64,000 nucleotides of DNA from Smithellaceae bacterium. GTDB taxonomy: Bacteria > Desulfobacterota > Syntrophia > Syntrophales > Smithellaceae. The position numbers were made by a program, and so were the translations under genes. A model generated the notes under the pieces. That model searched no databases. It saw nothing but the letters and a program-made list of their open reading frames with translations, and had not been told where the DNA came from. Positions 9,914 to 20,399 of this stretch are shown one piece after another; positions within the stretch are counted from its first letter, which is position 1; each line of letters begins with the position of its first letter. Location of the stretch: the NCBI GenBank assembly GCA_963667845.2, contig CAXXVL010000002.1:1760001-1824000 (forward strand), in the 5' to 3' direction.

Positions 9914-12900
9914 TTACCCTTGCTTCGGAAGGGAAAAATAGAATGCTGCGCCTTCATTCACTTTGCCTTCGGCCCAGATCCGTCCCTTGTGCCGGTGAAT
10001 GATGCGCTGAGCAAGCGCCATGCCGACGCCCGTTCCTTCATATTCGGATGCATCATGCAGACGCTGAAAGACGCCGAACAATTTATCATGAAATTCCATG
10101 TCGAAGCCGACGCCGTTGTCCTTCACATAATAGACAATTTCTTTTCCCTCTTCATATCCCCCCGCTTCAATCATGGCCACATCCCGTGTCTTCGTAAACT
10201 TGATCGCATTGGCAAGGATATTGACTAGCACCTGCTTCACGAGCGCCCTGTCTCCAAATCCCTGTGGCATGTCCTTGATTTCGAAGTTCATTGCCCGATC
10301 GGGATAGAGGCTTTGCAGCTCCTGCCACGTCCTTTCAATCAACCGGCGGACGTCGAGCATTTTAGCGTCCAGATCCTGGCGGCTCAGCTTGGACAGGTCC
10401 AGGAGGTCGTCGATCAGCTTCCCCATGGATTTGACGCCGTCTTGCACCTGGTTGAATAGCCGCACGGTTTCTTCGTCAAAGTGATCCTTCTGCTTTCTCA
10501 GGATCATCTTGGAAAAGCCGTCGATAGCCCGAAGCGGTGCGCGCAGATCGTGCGATACGGAGTAGCTGAAGCTTTCGAGCTCCCGGTTCGCGGCTTCGAG
10601 ATTTGCCGCGTATTCCCTGAGCGCTTCCTCTGACCGCTTGCGCTCCGTAATGTCGTGCGCGATGACGAGGATCGAGCCGGGATGGTCTTTGCCGAGCCGG
10701 GGCATGACATTGAGGGAGCCGTAAATGATGCTGCCGTCTTTCCGTCGGACGCGGTACTCCACCTCGGGGTCAATTTTTTCGCCGGCCATCTGTTTCCTGA
10801 CCCGTTCGCTGAAAAGTGCGCGGGCTTCCTCGTCGAGGAGCGCCGCCGGACCGATCGCGAATAATTCTTCCCGTGTATAGCCCAGAACCTGACACAGCGA
10901 TTCATTGACGCTCAGGAAGCGATTGCCCGGCAAGTCCACTTCATAGATGCCCGTCGGGGCGTATTTGATGAGGGCATTGGCCCTGGCTTCCGATTCGATG
11001 AGCGCCTTTTCGACTTTCTTGCGCTCCGTGATGTCGTTGAACAGAACGGCGACGCGGCGGTCCCGCGGATCGCCGATCCGATGGGCAAACACTTCATACC
11101 AGCGGTTCAGCGCCCTGGCTTCATTTTCAAAGCGCACCGGTTCGCCCGTTTTGGCGACTCTTCCATAGATTTCGAACCAATAAGCCTCAATGTCCGGAAT
11201 CAAGTTGCTGATGTTTTTCTCCTGAACGTCATGCAAGCCGGTTTGTTTTTCGAACGCCGGATTGGTCTCCAGAAAGCGGTAATCCACGGGGCGGTTATCG
11301 GCATCGAATAACACTTCGATGATGCAAAACCCTTCGGTCTGAGTGTTGAAAAGCGTGTGATAACGCTCTTCCGCTTCCTTGAGCTTGGAGAGATCATTCC
11401 CGATAGCGAGGAGTTCCTTGAGATTACCCTGGTTATCGTAGATGGGCCTGTTGGTCCAGGACATCCAGACCAGGCGGCCGTCCTTGCACAAGTTTTGATG
11501 AACATTGGTGGGGTATTTCTCGGGATGCTCTTTGAGGTCCTGTAGCATTCCGGCAATGTCAGCGCCCTTGGAGTCCGTCCGGGGAATGATCGTGCCGACT
11601 GCGCCGCGGCCGATGATTTCCTCCGCGGTATAGCCGAAGAATCGCAGTCCGTATTGGTTCATGAAGGTGATGCGCATGTCCTTATCGGCCCGCAGGATAA
11701 CGCTTCCGGATCCCTCCACAAGGTCGCGATACTGCTCGCGGCTTTCCGTCAGCGCCTCTTCAGCCGTTTTGCGTTCCGTAATGTCCTGCACGATGCCCGT
11801 TACGCTATGCGGCCTGCCGCTTTCGTCCCGGTGGTGGCTTCCCGTGGCCCATATCCAGCGGATTTGACCGTCGGCACGCCGGATGCGGCAGTCAAAATTC
11901 CAATCCTCACCGGTAGCGATGGACTTCTGAAATTTGGCATCAACCGCACTGCGATCTTCCGGGAGGACATGCTCCAGGAAAATTTCATAGCTCCACTCCG
12001 GCAGCAGCTCCGAGTAGCCGAAGATGCGATCGTGCTCGAGCGACCGCGAGGCGCCGTGATCATTCAGGTTAAGCTGCCAGGCGCCCGTGTGGCTGGTTTC
12101 CAGGGCGTATCGCAGCCGCTCCTCGCTTGCCTGCAGCGCCGCTTCGGCCATCTTGCGTTTGGTGATGCTACGTCCGTAAATACGGATTCTCCGGGAATCT
12201 TCCATAAAGCGCATGGTCTGACCGTACCACTTGTCGCCGATCTGAACTTCCCGCGCTTTCAGATCCATTCCACCATTAAAAGGCGTGGGTGAAGAATGTT
12301 CCCAACCGGCAAACCAGGGATGGGCAAATCCCTTTTCGCGAAGGTCGGGGAACAGGATTTCGGAAACGGGGTTCATGAAATGAATGACCCCGTCCAGATC
12401 GATTTCGGTGACCGGGTTAGGATTCAGCATAACGAACGACGCCACATGCGCCATTTCCGCCTGTGCCTGTCTTTGTTTTGTAATGTCGCGAAAGACAAGT
12501 ACGGCGCCCAGAGTTATGCCGGCCTTGTCGATGATCGGCGCGCCGCTGTCGTCAATGGGGATCTCCTTGCCGTCTTTTCTGATAAGCAGCGTATGATTGG
12601 CCAGACCGACAATCGTGCCTTCGCGCAGGATCCGGGCGACGGGGTCTTCCACCTTGCGCCGTGTCCGTTCATCGATAATGCGAAATACGTTTGTCACCGG
12701 CTGGGCCATGACTTCGCTTACGGACCAACCCGTGAGTTGTTCCGCCACGGTATTCATGAATGTGATCCGGCCCTCGGCATTGGCGACGATGACGGCATCG
12801 CCGATGCTGGCCAGGGTGGTCGCCCAGCGCTGCTCGCTGCGCTTGCGCTCCGTCACATCCCGCGCGACGGAAACGGAGCCGACAATAGTGCCTGCTGCAT

Positions 12901-14956
12901 CCCGGACCGGCGATGAACTTACCCGCCGGTATCTGAGTTCGCCGCTGGCGGGCGTCCGGATGATCTCTTCCTCGTTGCGAACAAGTTCACCGCGCAGCGC
13001 GCGCAGGGGCGGCGCTTCCTCGACGGGTCGAATGCTGCCGTCGGAGCGATACACTTCCAGGCTGGCGGCAAACTTCTCCACATCCAGGGTGTCGTCCGCA
13101 AGCCCGAACTCCTGCAGTGCCGATGGATTGACCAGGGTAAACCGCTTCTCGGTGTCCGCCAGCCACACTTCGTCGCTGATGCTATCAACCAGGGCCGAGA
13201 GCTTGTCTTTTTCCTGCCGGATGGCGTCCAGCAAACTTCGGGCTTCCTCTTCGGTTTTCTTGCGCTCCGTAATGTCGAAATTCACGCCCATGAACCGGAC
13301 AGCCCTTCCATCTGCCGCCGTTTCATCACCGTCCGGATTGCCCGCGAAGACAAACCGGCCTTTGCCGGCCATCCAGCGTTCCTGTCCGTCGGCGCGGATA
13401 ATCCGGCACTCGACGTCTAATCTGCCGGTTTGCTTGGCCATCTCCCATTGCGTGCTCATCATTTCCACGTCGTCGGGGTGAACGAAACGGAAGAAGGTTT
13501 CCGGACCGTCCGGGGCGTCGCCGGGATGGAGTCCGAAAAGCTCAAATTCGGTTTCGTTCCAGTGAGATTCTCCCGTCAGCAGGTCAACCTCGAACGTACC
13601 CAGGAAATTGGCCTGGAGGATCAGTCTGAGCCGCTCTTCGCTTTGCCGAAGAGCATCCTCGGCGCGCTTACGCTGGGTGATGTCCACCAGGGCATGAACG
13701 GCGCCACGCGGCTGCCCCTCATTGGTATAAAGAGGCGTGCCGTAGCCCAGCACATGGCGGACGGTACCGTCTTCAAAGACGAGACTGAATTCGAAGTCCT
13801 TTACGGCAGTGCCGCGGGCGGCCCGCTGCGCGGGCAGCTCATCGTTTTGTAACTCGCGTCCGTCCTTTACCGCCCGGAAATGCCGCGGCCGGATATCGGC
13901 GGGAGCGGTGAGAGAGGTCTCTGATAGTGGAGACACTTTCAGGAGTTCATCCGCGGCCCGATTGGCGGTGAGGTGAAGACATTCCGGATCCTGAGCGATG
14001 AAGATCGGCGTGGGGACGGCATCCAGAAATGCTTCGAGTTCCATGGCCCTTTCGCGCTCGTGGCGTTCGCTCTCGCGAAGGGCTTCCTCGATCCTCTTGC
14101 GTTCTTCGATTTCATCTTCCAGGTCCTCGGTTCTTTCCCGAACCTTATCTTCCAGATTTCTGCGGATTTCACGAAGGTCGAGTTCCGTCTTGATAAGCTC
14201 CGTGACATCGCGGGCTGCCGCGAAAACGCCCTGAACTTCGCCTTTTTCATCGGCGTAAGTCGATGCGTTATAAAGCACGCTTGTTACCTGTCCGGACGTA
14301 TGCCGCATTTGCAGCGGATAGTCTTTAACCGACCCTTCCAGAAACGCTTTCTGATATCCCGCCCGGGCTTTTTGAGGTTCCGTAAAGTAATCCGCAAAAT
14401 CCTTGCCGACAAGTTGATCCCGTGGAACTCCGGTAATTTTCTCGGTGGCTCGATTCACATCCATGATTTTTCCATCGGGACTGATCGTGACCAGCGGATC
14501 AAGACTGGCCTCGATGAGACTGCGCGAATAGCGGGATGCCGCCCGCAGTTCCTCTTCGGCATCTTTACGCGCCCGATGCTCCGTGGCTTCCGCAAGGGCT
14601 CTCCGGACGGCGGGGGCGAGCCTGCTTAAGCGGCTCTTCATGACATAATCTTTAGCGCCGCTGGTCAATATTTCTATGGCGCGGTCTTCACTGACGGCGC
14701 CCGTTACAAGAATAAAGGGAATATCGGGCGAGCGCCTTTTGGCTTCGGCCAGCGCCAGGGCGCCGGAATATTGGGGAAGATCATAGTCGGAAAGAATGAG
14801 ATCGGGCGCAAAGTCCTGAAGGTTGCGGACAAAATCATTTTCCTTGATCACCACGCAAGCGGTGAAGGGAATGCCGGCCTCCGTGAGTTCAAACTGAACG
14901 AGTTCGGCGTCGGCCGGATTATCTTCGAGGATAAGAATACGAAGGGGCTTGTCCAT
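9914..14956 (-). CDS. Cytoplasmic hybrid sensor kinase: REC + about 10 PAS/PAC + HisKA + HATPase
   Basis: N-terminal ILILEDN...ILSDY receiver, repeated DITERK PAC ends, SVSHDLRAPL H-box, NAIKFT, DNGVGF, GTGVGMA. Confidence 0.95.
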   Translation of the reverse strand: MDKPLRILILEDNPADAELVQFELTEAGIPFTACVVIKENDFVRNLQDFAPDLILSDYDLPQYSGALALAEAKRRSPDIPFILVTGAVSEDRAIEILTSGAKDYVMKSRLSRLAPAVRRALAEATEHRARKDAEEELRAASRYSRSLIEASLDPLVTISPDGKIMDVNRATEKITGVPRDQLVGKDFADYFTEPQKARAGYQKAFLEGSVKDYPLQMRHTSGQVTSVLYNASTYADEKGEVQGVFAAARDVTELIKTELDLREIRRNLEDKVRERTEDLEDEIEERKRIEEALRESERHERERAMELEAFLDAVPTPIFIAQDPECLHLTANRAADELLKVSPLSETSLTAPADIRPRHFRAVKDGRELQNDELPAQRAARGTAVKDFEFSLVFEDGTVRHVLGYGTPLYTNEGQPRGAVHALVDITQRKRAEDALRQSEERLRLILQANFLGTFEVDLLTGESHWNETEFELFGLHPGDAPDGPETFFRFVHPDDVEMMSTQWEMAKQTGRLDVECRIIRADGQERWMAGKGRFVFAGNPDGDETAADGRAVRFMGVNFDITERKKTEEEARSLLDAIRQEKDKLSALVDSISDEVWLADTEKRFTLVNPSALQEFGLADDTLDVEKFAASLEVYRSDGSIRPVEEAPPLRALRGELVRNEEEIIRTPASGELRYRRVSSSPVRDAAGTIVGSVSVARDVTERKRSEQRWATTLASIGDAVIVANAEGRITFMNTVAEQLTGWSVSEVMAQPVTNVFRIIDERTRRKVEDPVARILREGTIVGLANHTLLIRKDGKEIPIDDSGAPIIDKAGITLGAVLVFRDITKQRQAQAEMAHVASFVMLNPNPVTEIDLDGVIHFMNPVSEILFPDLREKGFAHPWFAGWEHSSPTPFNGGMDLKAREVQIGDKWYGQTMRFMEDSRRIRIYGRSITKRKMAEAALQASEERLRYALETSHTGAWQLNLNDHGASRSLEHDRIFGYSELLPEWSYEIFLEHVLPEDRSAVDAKFQKSIATGEDWNFDCRIRRADGQIRWIWATGSHHRDESGRPHSVTGIVQDITERKTAEEALTESREQYRDLVEGSGSVILRADKDMRITFMNQYGLRFFGYTAEEIIGRGAVGTIIPRTDSKGADIAGMLQDLKEHPEKYPTNVHQNLCKDGRLVWMSWTNRPIYDNQGNLKELLAIGNDLSKLKEAEERYHTLFNTQTEGFCIIEVLFDADNRPVDYRFLETNPAFEKQTGLHDVQEKNISNLIPDIEAYWFEIYGRVAKTGEPVRFENEARALNRWYEVFAHRIGDPRDRRVAVLFNDITERKKVEKALIESEARANALIKYAPTGIYEVDLPGNRFLSVNESLCQVLGYTREELFAIGPAALLDEEARALFSERVRKQMAGEKIDPEVEYRVRRKDGSIIYGSLNVMPRLGKDHPGSILVIAHDITERKRSEEALREYAANLEAANRELESFSYSVSHDLRAPLRAIDGFSKMILRKQKDHFDEETVRLFNQVQDGVKSMGKLIDDLLDLSKLSRQDLDAKMLDVRRLIERTWQELQSLYPDRAMNFEIKDMPQGFGDRALVKQVLVNILANAIKFTKTRDVAMIEAGGYEEGKEIVYYVKDNGVGFDMEFHDKLFGVFQRLHDASEYEGTGVGMALAQRIIHRHKGRIWAEGKVNEGAAFYFSLPKQG

Positions 14957-15244
14957 GTTATCTCTTTCAGGGCCGCGAAGTCAGAGCGACAGTTTGTCTA
15001 CGAATGGAGCGAGAATATTTTATAAAATATGCCTTGATGTTTGTAAAGAGTTTTCGAATCATATTGAATTTCCGATTCTTCCCCCGCAAAGCCTGCGGCA
15101 TCTATCCATTGTCATCGATGCGTTGCACCTTTCGCGCAACTGTATACTATCATCAATGATGATCAATGCAATGCGCATAAGGTGGTAGCTTTATGGTAGG
15201 TAAAACCTATCAAAACCCTTATTAGCGCTGTCGCGATATTTTTG

Positions 15245-15395
15245 AATAGGACTTCGAAAATTTACCCCAACCTGTTTGGAGAAATCGAGTTTAGAATAGA
15301 GCGCAGAGGGGGAGAGCGTCGGTAAGTAAATGGCCAGGCCATACGAATTTTTGACCGCAGCTCCTTTGCGTGCCGATCGGATAACGATGCCGTCG
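15245..15395 (-). pseudogene. C-terminal fragment resembling a clostripain-family (peptidase C11) protein
   Basis: IVIRSARKGAAVKNSYGLAIYLP...LYSKLDF resembles the clostripain-family C-terminus; no upstream body present. Confidence 0.45.
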
Positions 15396-15553
15396 GGCCG
15401 CAAACCGCATTCACGACCTTCCGGCACGCACCCCGTACCTCCCTGCCCGGGCCGCCGCCTTCAATTATTTCATTCGCACATCGTGAAAATCATAAGAGAT
15501 ATTGTTTTGATGAATTATTTACACCAGGCCTTTTATCTTTTCAATGGTCTTTT

Positions 15554-15650
15554 TAATCCCGCTTACGCGGGACGAGCGTTAATTCTGCATAGCTTGCTGC
15601 GAAATAATGACGTTTATTTCATATCTCGACAGCTTGCGCGAGGTGGTTGA
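15554..15650 (+). repeat. Dispersed mini-repeat copy 2 (with internal insertion)
   Basis: Same consensus as 5622..5679. Confidence 0.85.
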
Positions 15651-15796
15651 TCGGTTCGAGGCGGGCGTCTGTCCGGGGAGAAATTTTTCTAAAAAAAATC
15701 GGCTATTCTTTCGACAAGACATCATGCCGATTTGAGGGAAAACAAAGACAGTGGGTCTTACGACTTTAAGGATGGAGAAAAGGACAATGCGCAGGA

Positions 15797-16492
15797 TTAT
15801 CTGGTGCGCTCGCCGAAGATCGCGCGGCCCACGCGGATGATGGTGGCGCCTTCCTCGACGGCTACTTCAAAATCGTCGGTCATGCCCATGGAAAGTTCAT
15901 CCATGGAGATGTTGGGAATGGCGGCGGCCCTTATCTGATCGCGCAGTCCGCGCAGGGACTGAAAATAAGGGCGGGAGGTTTCCGGCTGATCGGAATAGGG
16001 CGGCATGGTCATCAAGCCGCGCACCTGCAAATGGGGCAGCGTGGCAATCTGCCGGACAAGTTCGAGAACCTGTGGAGGTTCGGCGCCGCTTTTGGAGGCC
16101 TCGCCGCTTAGGTTGACTTCGACGAGGACGTTCAATGTCCGGCCGTTTTGTCCCGCGCGTTTATCCAGTTCATGCGCCAATTCCTGCCGGTCCACGGAAT
16201 GAATCCAGTCAAACAGATTGACGACGTATTTGACTTTGTTGGTTTGCAGGTGGCCGATCATATGCCATTCAACGCCATGACCGATCACGGGGATTTTTTC
16301 GCGGGCTTCCTGAACGTAGTTTTCGCCCAGCAGCGTAATGCCCGCATCAATTGCCTGACGCACGCGGTCCGGCTCGACGGTTTTGCTCACGGCCATGAGC
16401 CGGATACTCTCCGGGTCGCGCCCCGCGCGGGCTGCGGCGCCGTTTAGGCGACGTCTGATCCCGGCAATATTTTCGGCGATGGATGTCGTCAT
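15797..16492 (-). CDS. yggS: PLP homeostasis protein YggS
   Basis: MAVSKT, GENYVQE, WHMIGHLQTNK, GLMTMPP, LSMGMTDD, RVGRAIFG. Confidence 0.96.
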   Translation of the reverse strand: MTTSIAENIAGIRRRLNGAAARAGRDPESIRLMAVSKTVEPDRVRQAIDAGITLLGENYVQEAREKIPVIGHGVEWHMIGHLQTNKVKYVVNLFDWIHSVDRQELAHELDKRAGQNGRTLNVLVEVNLSGEASKSGAEPPQVLELVRQIATLPHLQVRGLMTMPPYSDQPETSRPYFQSLRGLRDQIRAAAIPNISMDELSMGMTDDFEVAVEEGATIIRVGRAIFGERTR

Positions 16493-16497
16493 AGCCT

Positions 16498-17091
16498 TCA
16501 CCTGAAATGGATGGCGTTTAAGATTTTCAACTCTTCCAATACTTCGCAAAGCGGCAGTCCGATGACATTGGTGTAAGAACCCCGGATCGCCTTGATAAAA
16601 GATGCTCCCTTGCCCTGGACGGCATAACCGCCGGCTTTATCGTACGGTTCATCAGAGTCCACGTACCAATCCATTTCTTCGGGACTGATTTCCTTGAAGG
16701 TCACAGCGGACCGGACGACTCTTGTCCGGGATATCCGGCGATCCGTATGGGCAAGGGTGAAGCCGGTAAAGACCATGTGTGTGCGATTGCTCAGCCGCTT
16801 AAGCATCTGGCGCGCCTCTTTTTCATTTTCAGGCTTGCCCAGAATCAGGCCGTCGATCACGACAATGGTATCTGCGCCCAGCACCAGGGCTTTCGGGTGC
16901 TGCGAGGCAATGGCCTTCGCTTTACCCCCGGAGAGTCTCCTGACATGCGTGCGCGGTGTTTCGCCGGCGAGATACGTTTCATCGATGTGCGCCGGGAGAA
17001 TCTTAAACTTTAACCCCATGGAGTTGAGGAGCTCTTCGCGGCGGGGAGAGGCGGAAGCTAAAATGAAAGGAGACGATAGCGAAACGGTCAT
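16498..17091 (-). CDS. maf: Maf family nucleotide pyrophosphatase
   Basis: ILASASPRREELL, GADTIV, ILGKP, DKAGGYAVQG, NVIGLPL. Confidence 0.96.
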   Translation of the reverse strand: MTVSLSSPFILASASPRREELLNSMGLKFKILPAHIDETYLAGETPRTHVRRLSGGKAKAIASQHPKALVLGADTIVVIDGLILGKPENEKEARQMLKRLSNRTHMVFTGFTLAHTDRRISRTRVVRSAVTFKEISPEEMDWYVDSDEPYDKAGGYAVQGKGASFIKAIRGSYTNVIGLPLCEVLEELKILNAIHFR

Positions 17092-17221
17092 CTTGATTTC
17101 TTTCTGTTTCAATGGTGGAGTTTCTATTTCAAATAAAACGGGGTCTGTCAATTGTAAATTGCCGTTGCATCTTTCGGGGAGTTGGCGTATTTAACCCGCG
17201 AATCCAAAATGGGAGTTCACT

Positions 17222-17542
17222 ATGAAAAAAGTCGCGGCTCTTTTCTTAATATTCATTTTCGTGCTGTCGGTTCTTCCGGCCTTTGCGGCTGAGAAAATCG
17301 TTCAAATGACCGTACCCGGCTGTTATTCCTGAGGCGCCAGCAAAAGGATAGGGTCTATCCTGCAAAAAGTTGAAGGTGTCCGGAAGCATCAAATTCAGCA
17401 GCCGAATATTCTGATCGTCGCGTTTGATGACGAAAAAACAAGCCTCGAACTCATTGAAAAGGCATTAAAAGACGGTACGTTTTCCGTATCCGGCAAGCCG
17501 GTTTATGTGCAGACCTTTCCGGCCGGAAATCAGAGCAAATGA
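17222..17542 (+). CDS. Exported MerP/HMA-fold selenoprotein, 106 aa, with C-Y-S-U motif (UGA at 17330-17332 read as Sec)
   Basis: GGGAG RBS, signal peptide (...PAFA-AE), VQMTVPGCYS-TGA-GASKRIGSILQKVEGV...IVAFDDEKTSLELIEKAL aligns by eye with MerP; SECIS-like hairpin follows the UGA. Absent from the ORF track. Confidence 0.85.
17333..17363 (+). promoter_or_regulatory. Bacterial SECIS element
   Basis: AGGATAG-GGT-CTATCCT stem begins 12 nt after the UGA; G/U-containing apical loop similar to the fdhF SECIS AGGUCU. Confidence 0.8.
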
Positions 17543-18606
17543 TTTTTCCCGCGAGCTTCCAGCGCGTCGACGATTTTCTTGACGTCCTGAGAGCGTCCTT
17601 TTTTGCAGATCAGAAGCGCGTCTTTCGTTTCAACAACAATGACGTCTTTCATACCGACCAGCGCGACAAGTTTATGAGGGCTGCAGACCAGTGCGTTTTC
17701 GGTATCCTCCAGGATGACGTAAGAGCCGCGGGTGCTCGCATTGCCTTTAGAGTCTTTGCCGGATATTTCCCACAGAGTATCCCAACTGCCCACGTCACTC
17801 CAGCCGAAGTCTGCGGGAATCATCAGCACGTCTTCGGCTTTTTCCATGACGCCGTAGTCGATGGAAACGGAAGCCAGCCGTTTGTAGATCGCCGAAACCG
17901 TTCTGGCTTCGGAATCTTTTCCCATGGATGATTTGATCGTCATCAGTCCGGAATAGAGATCCGGCAGGAAGCGTTGGATTTCATCCAGGATGGTTTTCGC
18001 CCTCCAGATAAACATGCCGCTGTTCCAGAAGAAATTGCCGCTCTTCAGAAAGGCCCGGGCCTGCGGGAGATCCGGTTTTTCCCGGAAAGATTTTACGCGC
18101 AGCAGCGTCCGGCCGGAAATGGTTCCGGCCGCGGCGCCGCCTTCCATGTAGCCGAAGCCGGTATGCGGGCTTGAGGGCGTAAGGCCGATGGTCACCAGCG
18201 CTTTCCTGGTTTTGGCGGCCTTTGCGGCGGCGGCAATAACTTTCCGGTACGAGACGGGATCGGCGATGCCGTGATCGGACGGCAAAACAACCATGACGTC
18301 ATCCTTGGCTTTCTTTTGAACATACAAAGCGGCAAGACCGATGCAGGCGGCCGTGTTCCGTCCGACCGGTTCGATAAGAATATTCTTCTCCGGGATTTCC
18401 GGCAGCTGCCGGATCAGTTCCCGTGCGTGTTTCCGGCCCGTGACGATGAGGATATTTTGGGGCCCGATGAGCGGTTTGATCCGGTCAACGGTTTCCTGGA
18501 TGATGGTGCGGTCGCTCACGATGTCCAGCAGGTGCTTGGGTTTTTTCTCCCGGCTGCGCGGCCAGAATCGCGTGCCCCGTCCGCCGGCCATGATCACTGC
18601 ATGCAT
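17530..18606 (-). CDS. manC: Mannose-1-phosphate guanylyltransferase
   Basis: IMAGGRGTRFWPRSR..PKH, EPVGRNTA, PSDH, WNSGMF, SIDYGVMEK, WSDVGSW. Confidence 0.95.
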   Translation of the reverse strand: MHAVIMAGGRGTRFWPRSREKKPKHLLDIVSDRTIIQETVDRIKPLIGPQNILIVTGRKHARELIRQLPEIPEKNILIEPVGRNTAACIGLAALYVQKKAKDDVMVVLPSDHGIADPVSYRKVIAAAAKAAKTRKALVTIGLTPSSPHTGFGYMEGGAAAGTISGRTLLRVKSFREKPDLPQARAFLKSGNFFWNSGMFIWRAKTILDEIQRFLPDLYSGLMTIKSSMGKDSEARTVSAIYKRLASVSIDYGVMEKAEDVLMIPADFGWSDVGSWDTLWEISGKDSKGNASTRGSYVILEDTENALVCSPHKLVALVGMKDVIVVETKDALLICKKGRSQDVKKIVDALEARGKNHLL

Positions 18607-18680
18607 AGGCATTCTCCTTTGCACCTCTCATAATACATTCCGGCTTGCAAATTCAAGTCCGAAACGCTAATTTGTCACTC

Positions 18681-19871
18681 ATGATAAATAATAATTATCC
18701 CGAAATCATATTGAAAGCCGGACGGGAAGCAGCGCTTTTGCGCGGGCACCCCTGGGTGTTTTCCGGTGCGATCGCCAAAATAAACGGGCATCCGTCCGAC
18801 GGCGACATCGTATCGGCCTCGGATTCCCGGGGCCGGGCGCTGGCTCTCGGATTTTTCAACAGTAAAACGGATATTTCCTTTCGGGTGCTCGAACGAAACG
18901 CTGAAAGGGTTATTGATGCGGCTTTCTGGAAGGAACGAGTGGCGATGGCCGCCGAATTACGCGGAAAGCTCCTCGATGCGCGCACCAATGCCTTTCGCCT
19001 GATTAATGCGGAAGGCGACGGGTGCCCCGGCCTGATCGTAGACGTATATGATCATACACTGGTTCTATCCATCTCGACCGCCGGCATGGAAAAGCAAAGG
19101 CAGAGCATTCTTGATGCACTCATCTTAGAGATGAAGCCCACCGGCATCTATGAGCAAAGCGGAGGCCGCTCGCGCGGCCTGGAAGGCCTGCCGGAAGAGA
19201 AGGGTTTTATTTACGGTGATGATCAGCGTAACGTCGTGAGCGTGACGGAAAACGGTTTTGCGTTTGACGTGGATATGGTCGGAGGCCAGAAAACGGGCTT
19301 CTTCCTGGATCAGCGCGTCAATCGAGAGAAGCTCGGCGCACTGGCCCGCGGAGCATCCGTTCTGAACTGCTTTTGTTATACCGGCGCCTTTTCGGTGTAT
19401 GCTGCTGCAGGCGGGGCGGCCAGAGTTGTTTCTCTCGATATATCTAAATCGGCCTGTGAAGCGGCCCTGCGGCATTTGAGCCTCAATGGCTTTTCCGGGC
19501 AGGATCATCCGGTGATTGAAGCGGATGTGTTTCAATATCTGCGCGATCTGCGGGAGGAATTTGATCTGATCATTCTTGATCCGCCTGCCTTTGCCAAAGC
19601 CAGGCGGGATGTCCCCAAAGCTTCGCGGGGGTATAAAGACATCAATATGCAGGCTATGAAGCACCTGGTGCAAGGCGGGATGCTCGCGACTTTTTCGTGT
19701 TCCAACTTTATCGAAGAAGATTTATTTTACAAAATCGTGCAGGGAGCGGCGCGCGATGCAGAAATACAGCTGCAGCTTTTGGCCACCCTTACAGCCGGGC
19801 CGGATCATCCCCTCGCCCTCGGGCACCCCGAAGGACGGTATCTCAAAGGATTGCTCGTCAGAAAATTATAA
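18681..19871 (+). CDS. rlmI: Class I SAM-dependent rRNA methyltransferase (RlmI-like)
   Basis: PUA-like GHPWVFSG, GQKTGFFLDQR, FCYTGAF, ILDPPAF, YLKG. Confidence 0.9.
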   Translation: MINNNYPEIILKAGREAALLRGHPWVFSGAIAKINGHPSDGDIVSASDSRGRALALGFFNSKTDISFRVLERNAERVIDAAFWKERVAMAAELRGKLLDARTNAFRLINAEGDGCPGLIVDVYDHTLVLSISTAGMEKQRQSILDALILEMKPTGIYEQSGGRSRGLEGLPEEKGFIYGDDQRNVVSVTENGFAFDVDMVGGQKTGFFLDQRVNREKLGALARGASVLNCFCYTGAFSVYAAAGGAARVVSLDISKSACEAALRHLSLNGFSGQDHPVIEADVFQYLRDLREEFDLIILDPPAFAKARRDVPKASRGYKDINMQAMKHLVQGGMLATFSCSNFIEEDLFYKIVQGAARDAEIQLQLLATLTAGPDHPLALGHPEGRYLKGLLVRKL

Positions 19872-19942
19872 ATTGGCCGCGATGCATAACCTGAAGGTCA
19901 CGCGTACCCTGAAGGGCACACTTCTGCTTAACGACTTGATGG

Positions 19943-20338
19943 TCAGCGCGCGGCCAGGTTGGCCGCAATCCGGTCATGAATCATTTTGGACGCGATATTG
20001 TTCCCCGAGACGCCCGTCAGCACCGAAACGGCGACCACATCTTTTTCTATATATTCAACCCCGATGGTCACCTTTTCATCCGAAATAATCGCCTTGATCG
20101 ATCCCGTGGATATCTTCCGCTCTTTTTCAATGCTCCAGCCCTTCAAGTCCACCACGGCCTTTTCACACGCCTGCCAGACCGGTTCGATATCCGCCTTGTA
20201 CCGGATGGTCAGATAGCCGTCCTGGTAAATCGCTTTGCCGGACTGGATGCCCACGACCTTGCCGTTCATGACCATGGCGGCATTACAGCCGAAAAGAAGG
20301 AACGCTGCAGCGGCAAGTAAAATCAACTTTGTTTTCAT
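19943..20338 (-). CDS. Lipoprotein, DUF3568-like
   Basis: Lipobox LLFGC; compact domain resembling DUF3568. Confidence 0.65.
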   Translation of the reverse strand: MKTKLILLAAAAFLLFGCNAAMVMNGKVVGIQSGKAIYQDGYLTIRYKADIEPVWQACEKAVVDLKGWSIEKERKISTGSIKAIISDEKVTIGVEYIEKDVVAVSVLTGVSGNNIASKMIHDRIAANLAAR

Positions 20339-20399
20339 AAATCCACCTCCGGCGATGCATGATGCCCGTTATAGAGTAAGGCAATTCATCTGTCAATGG

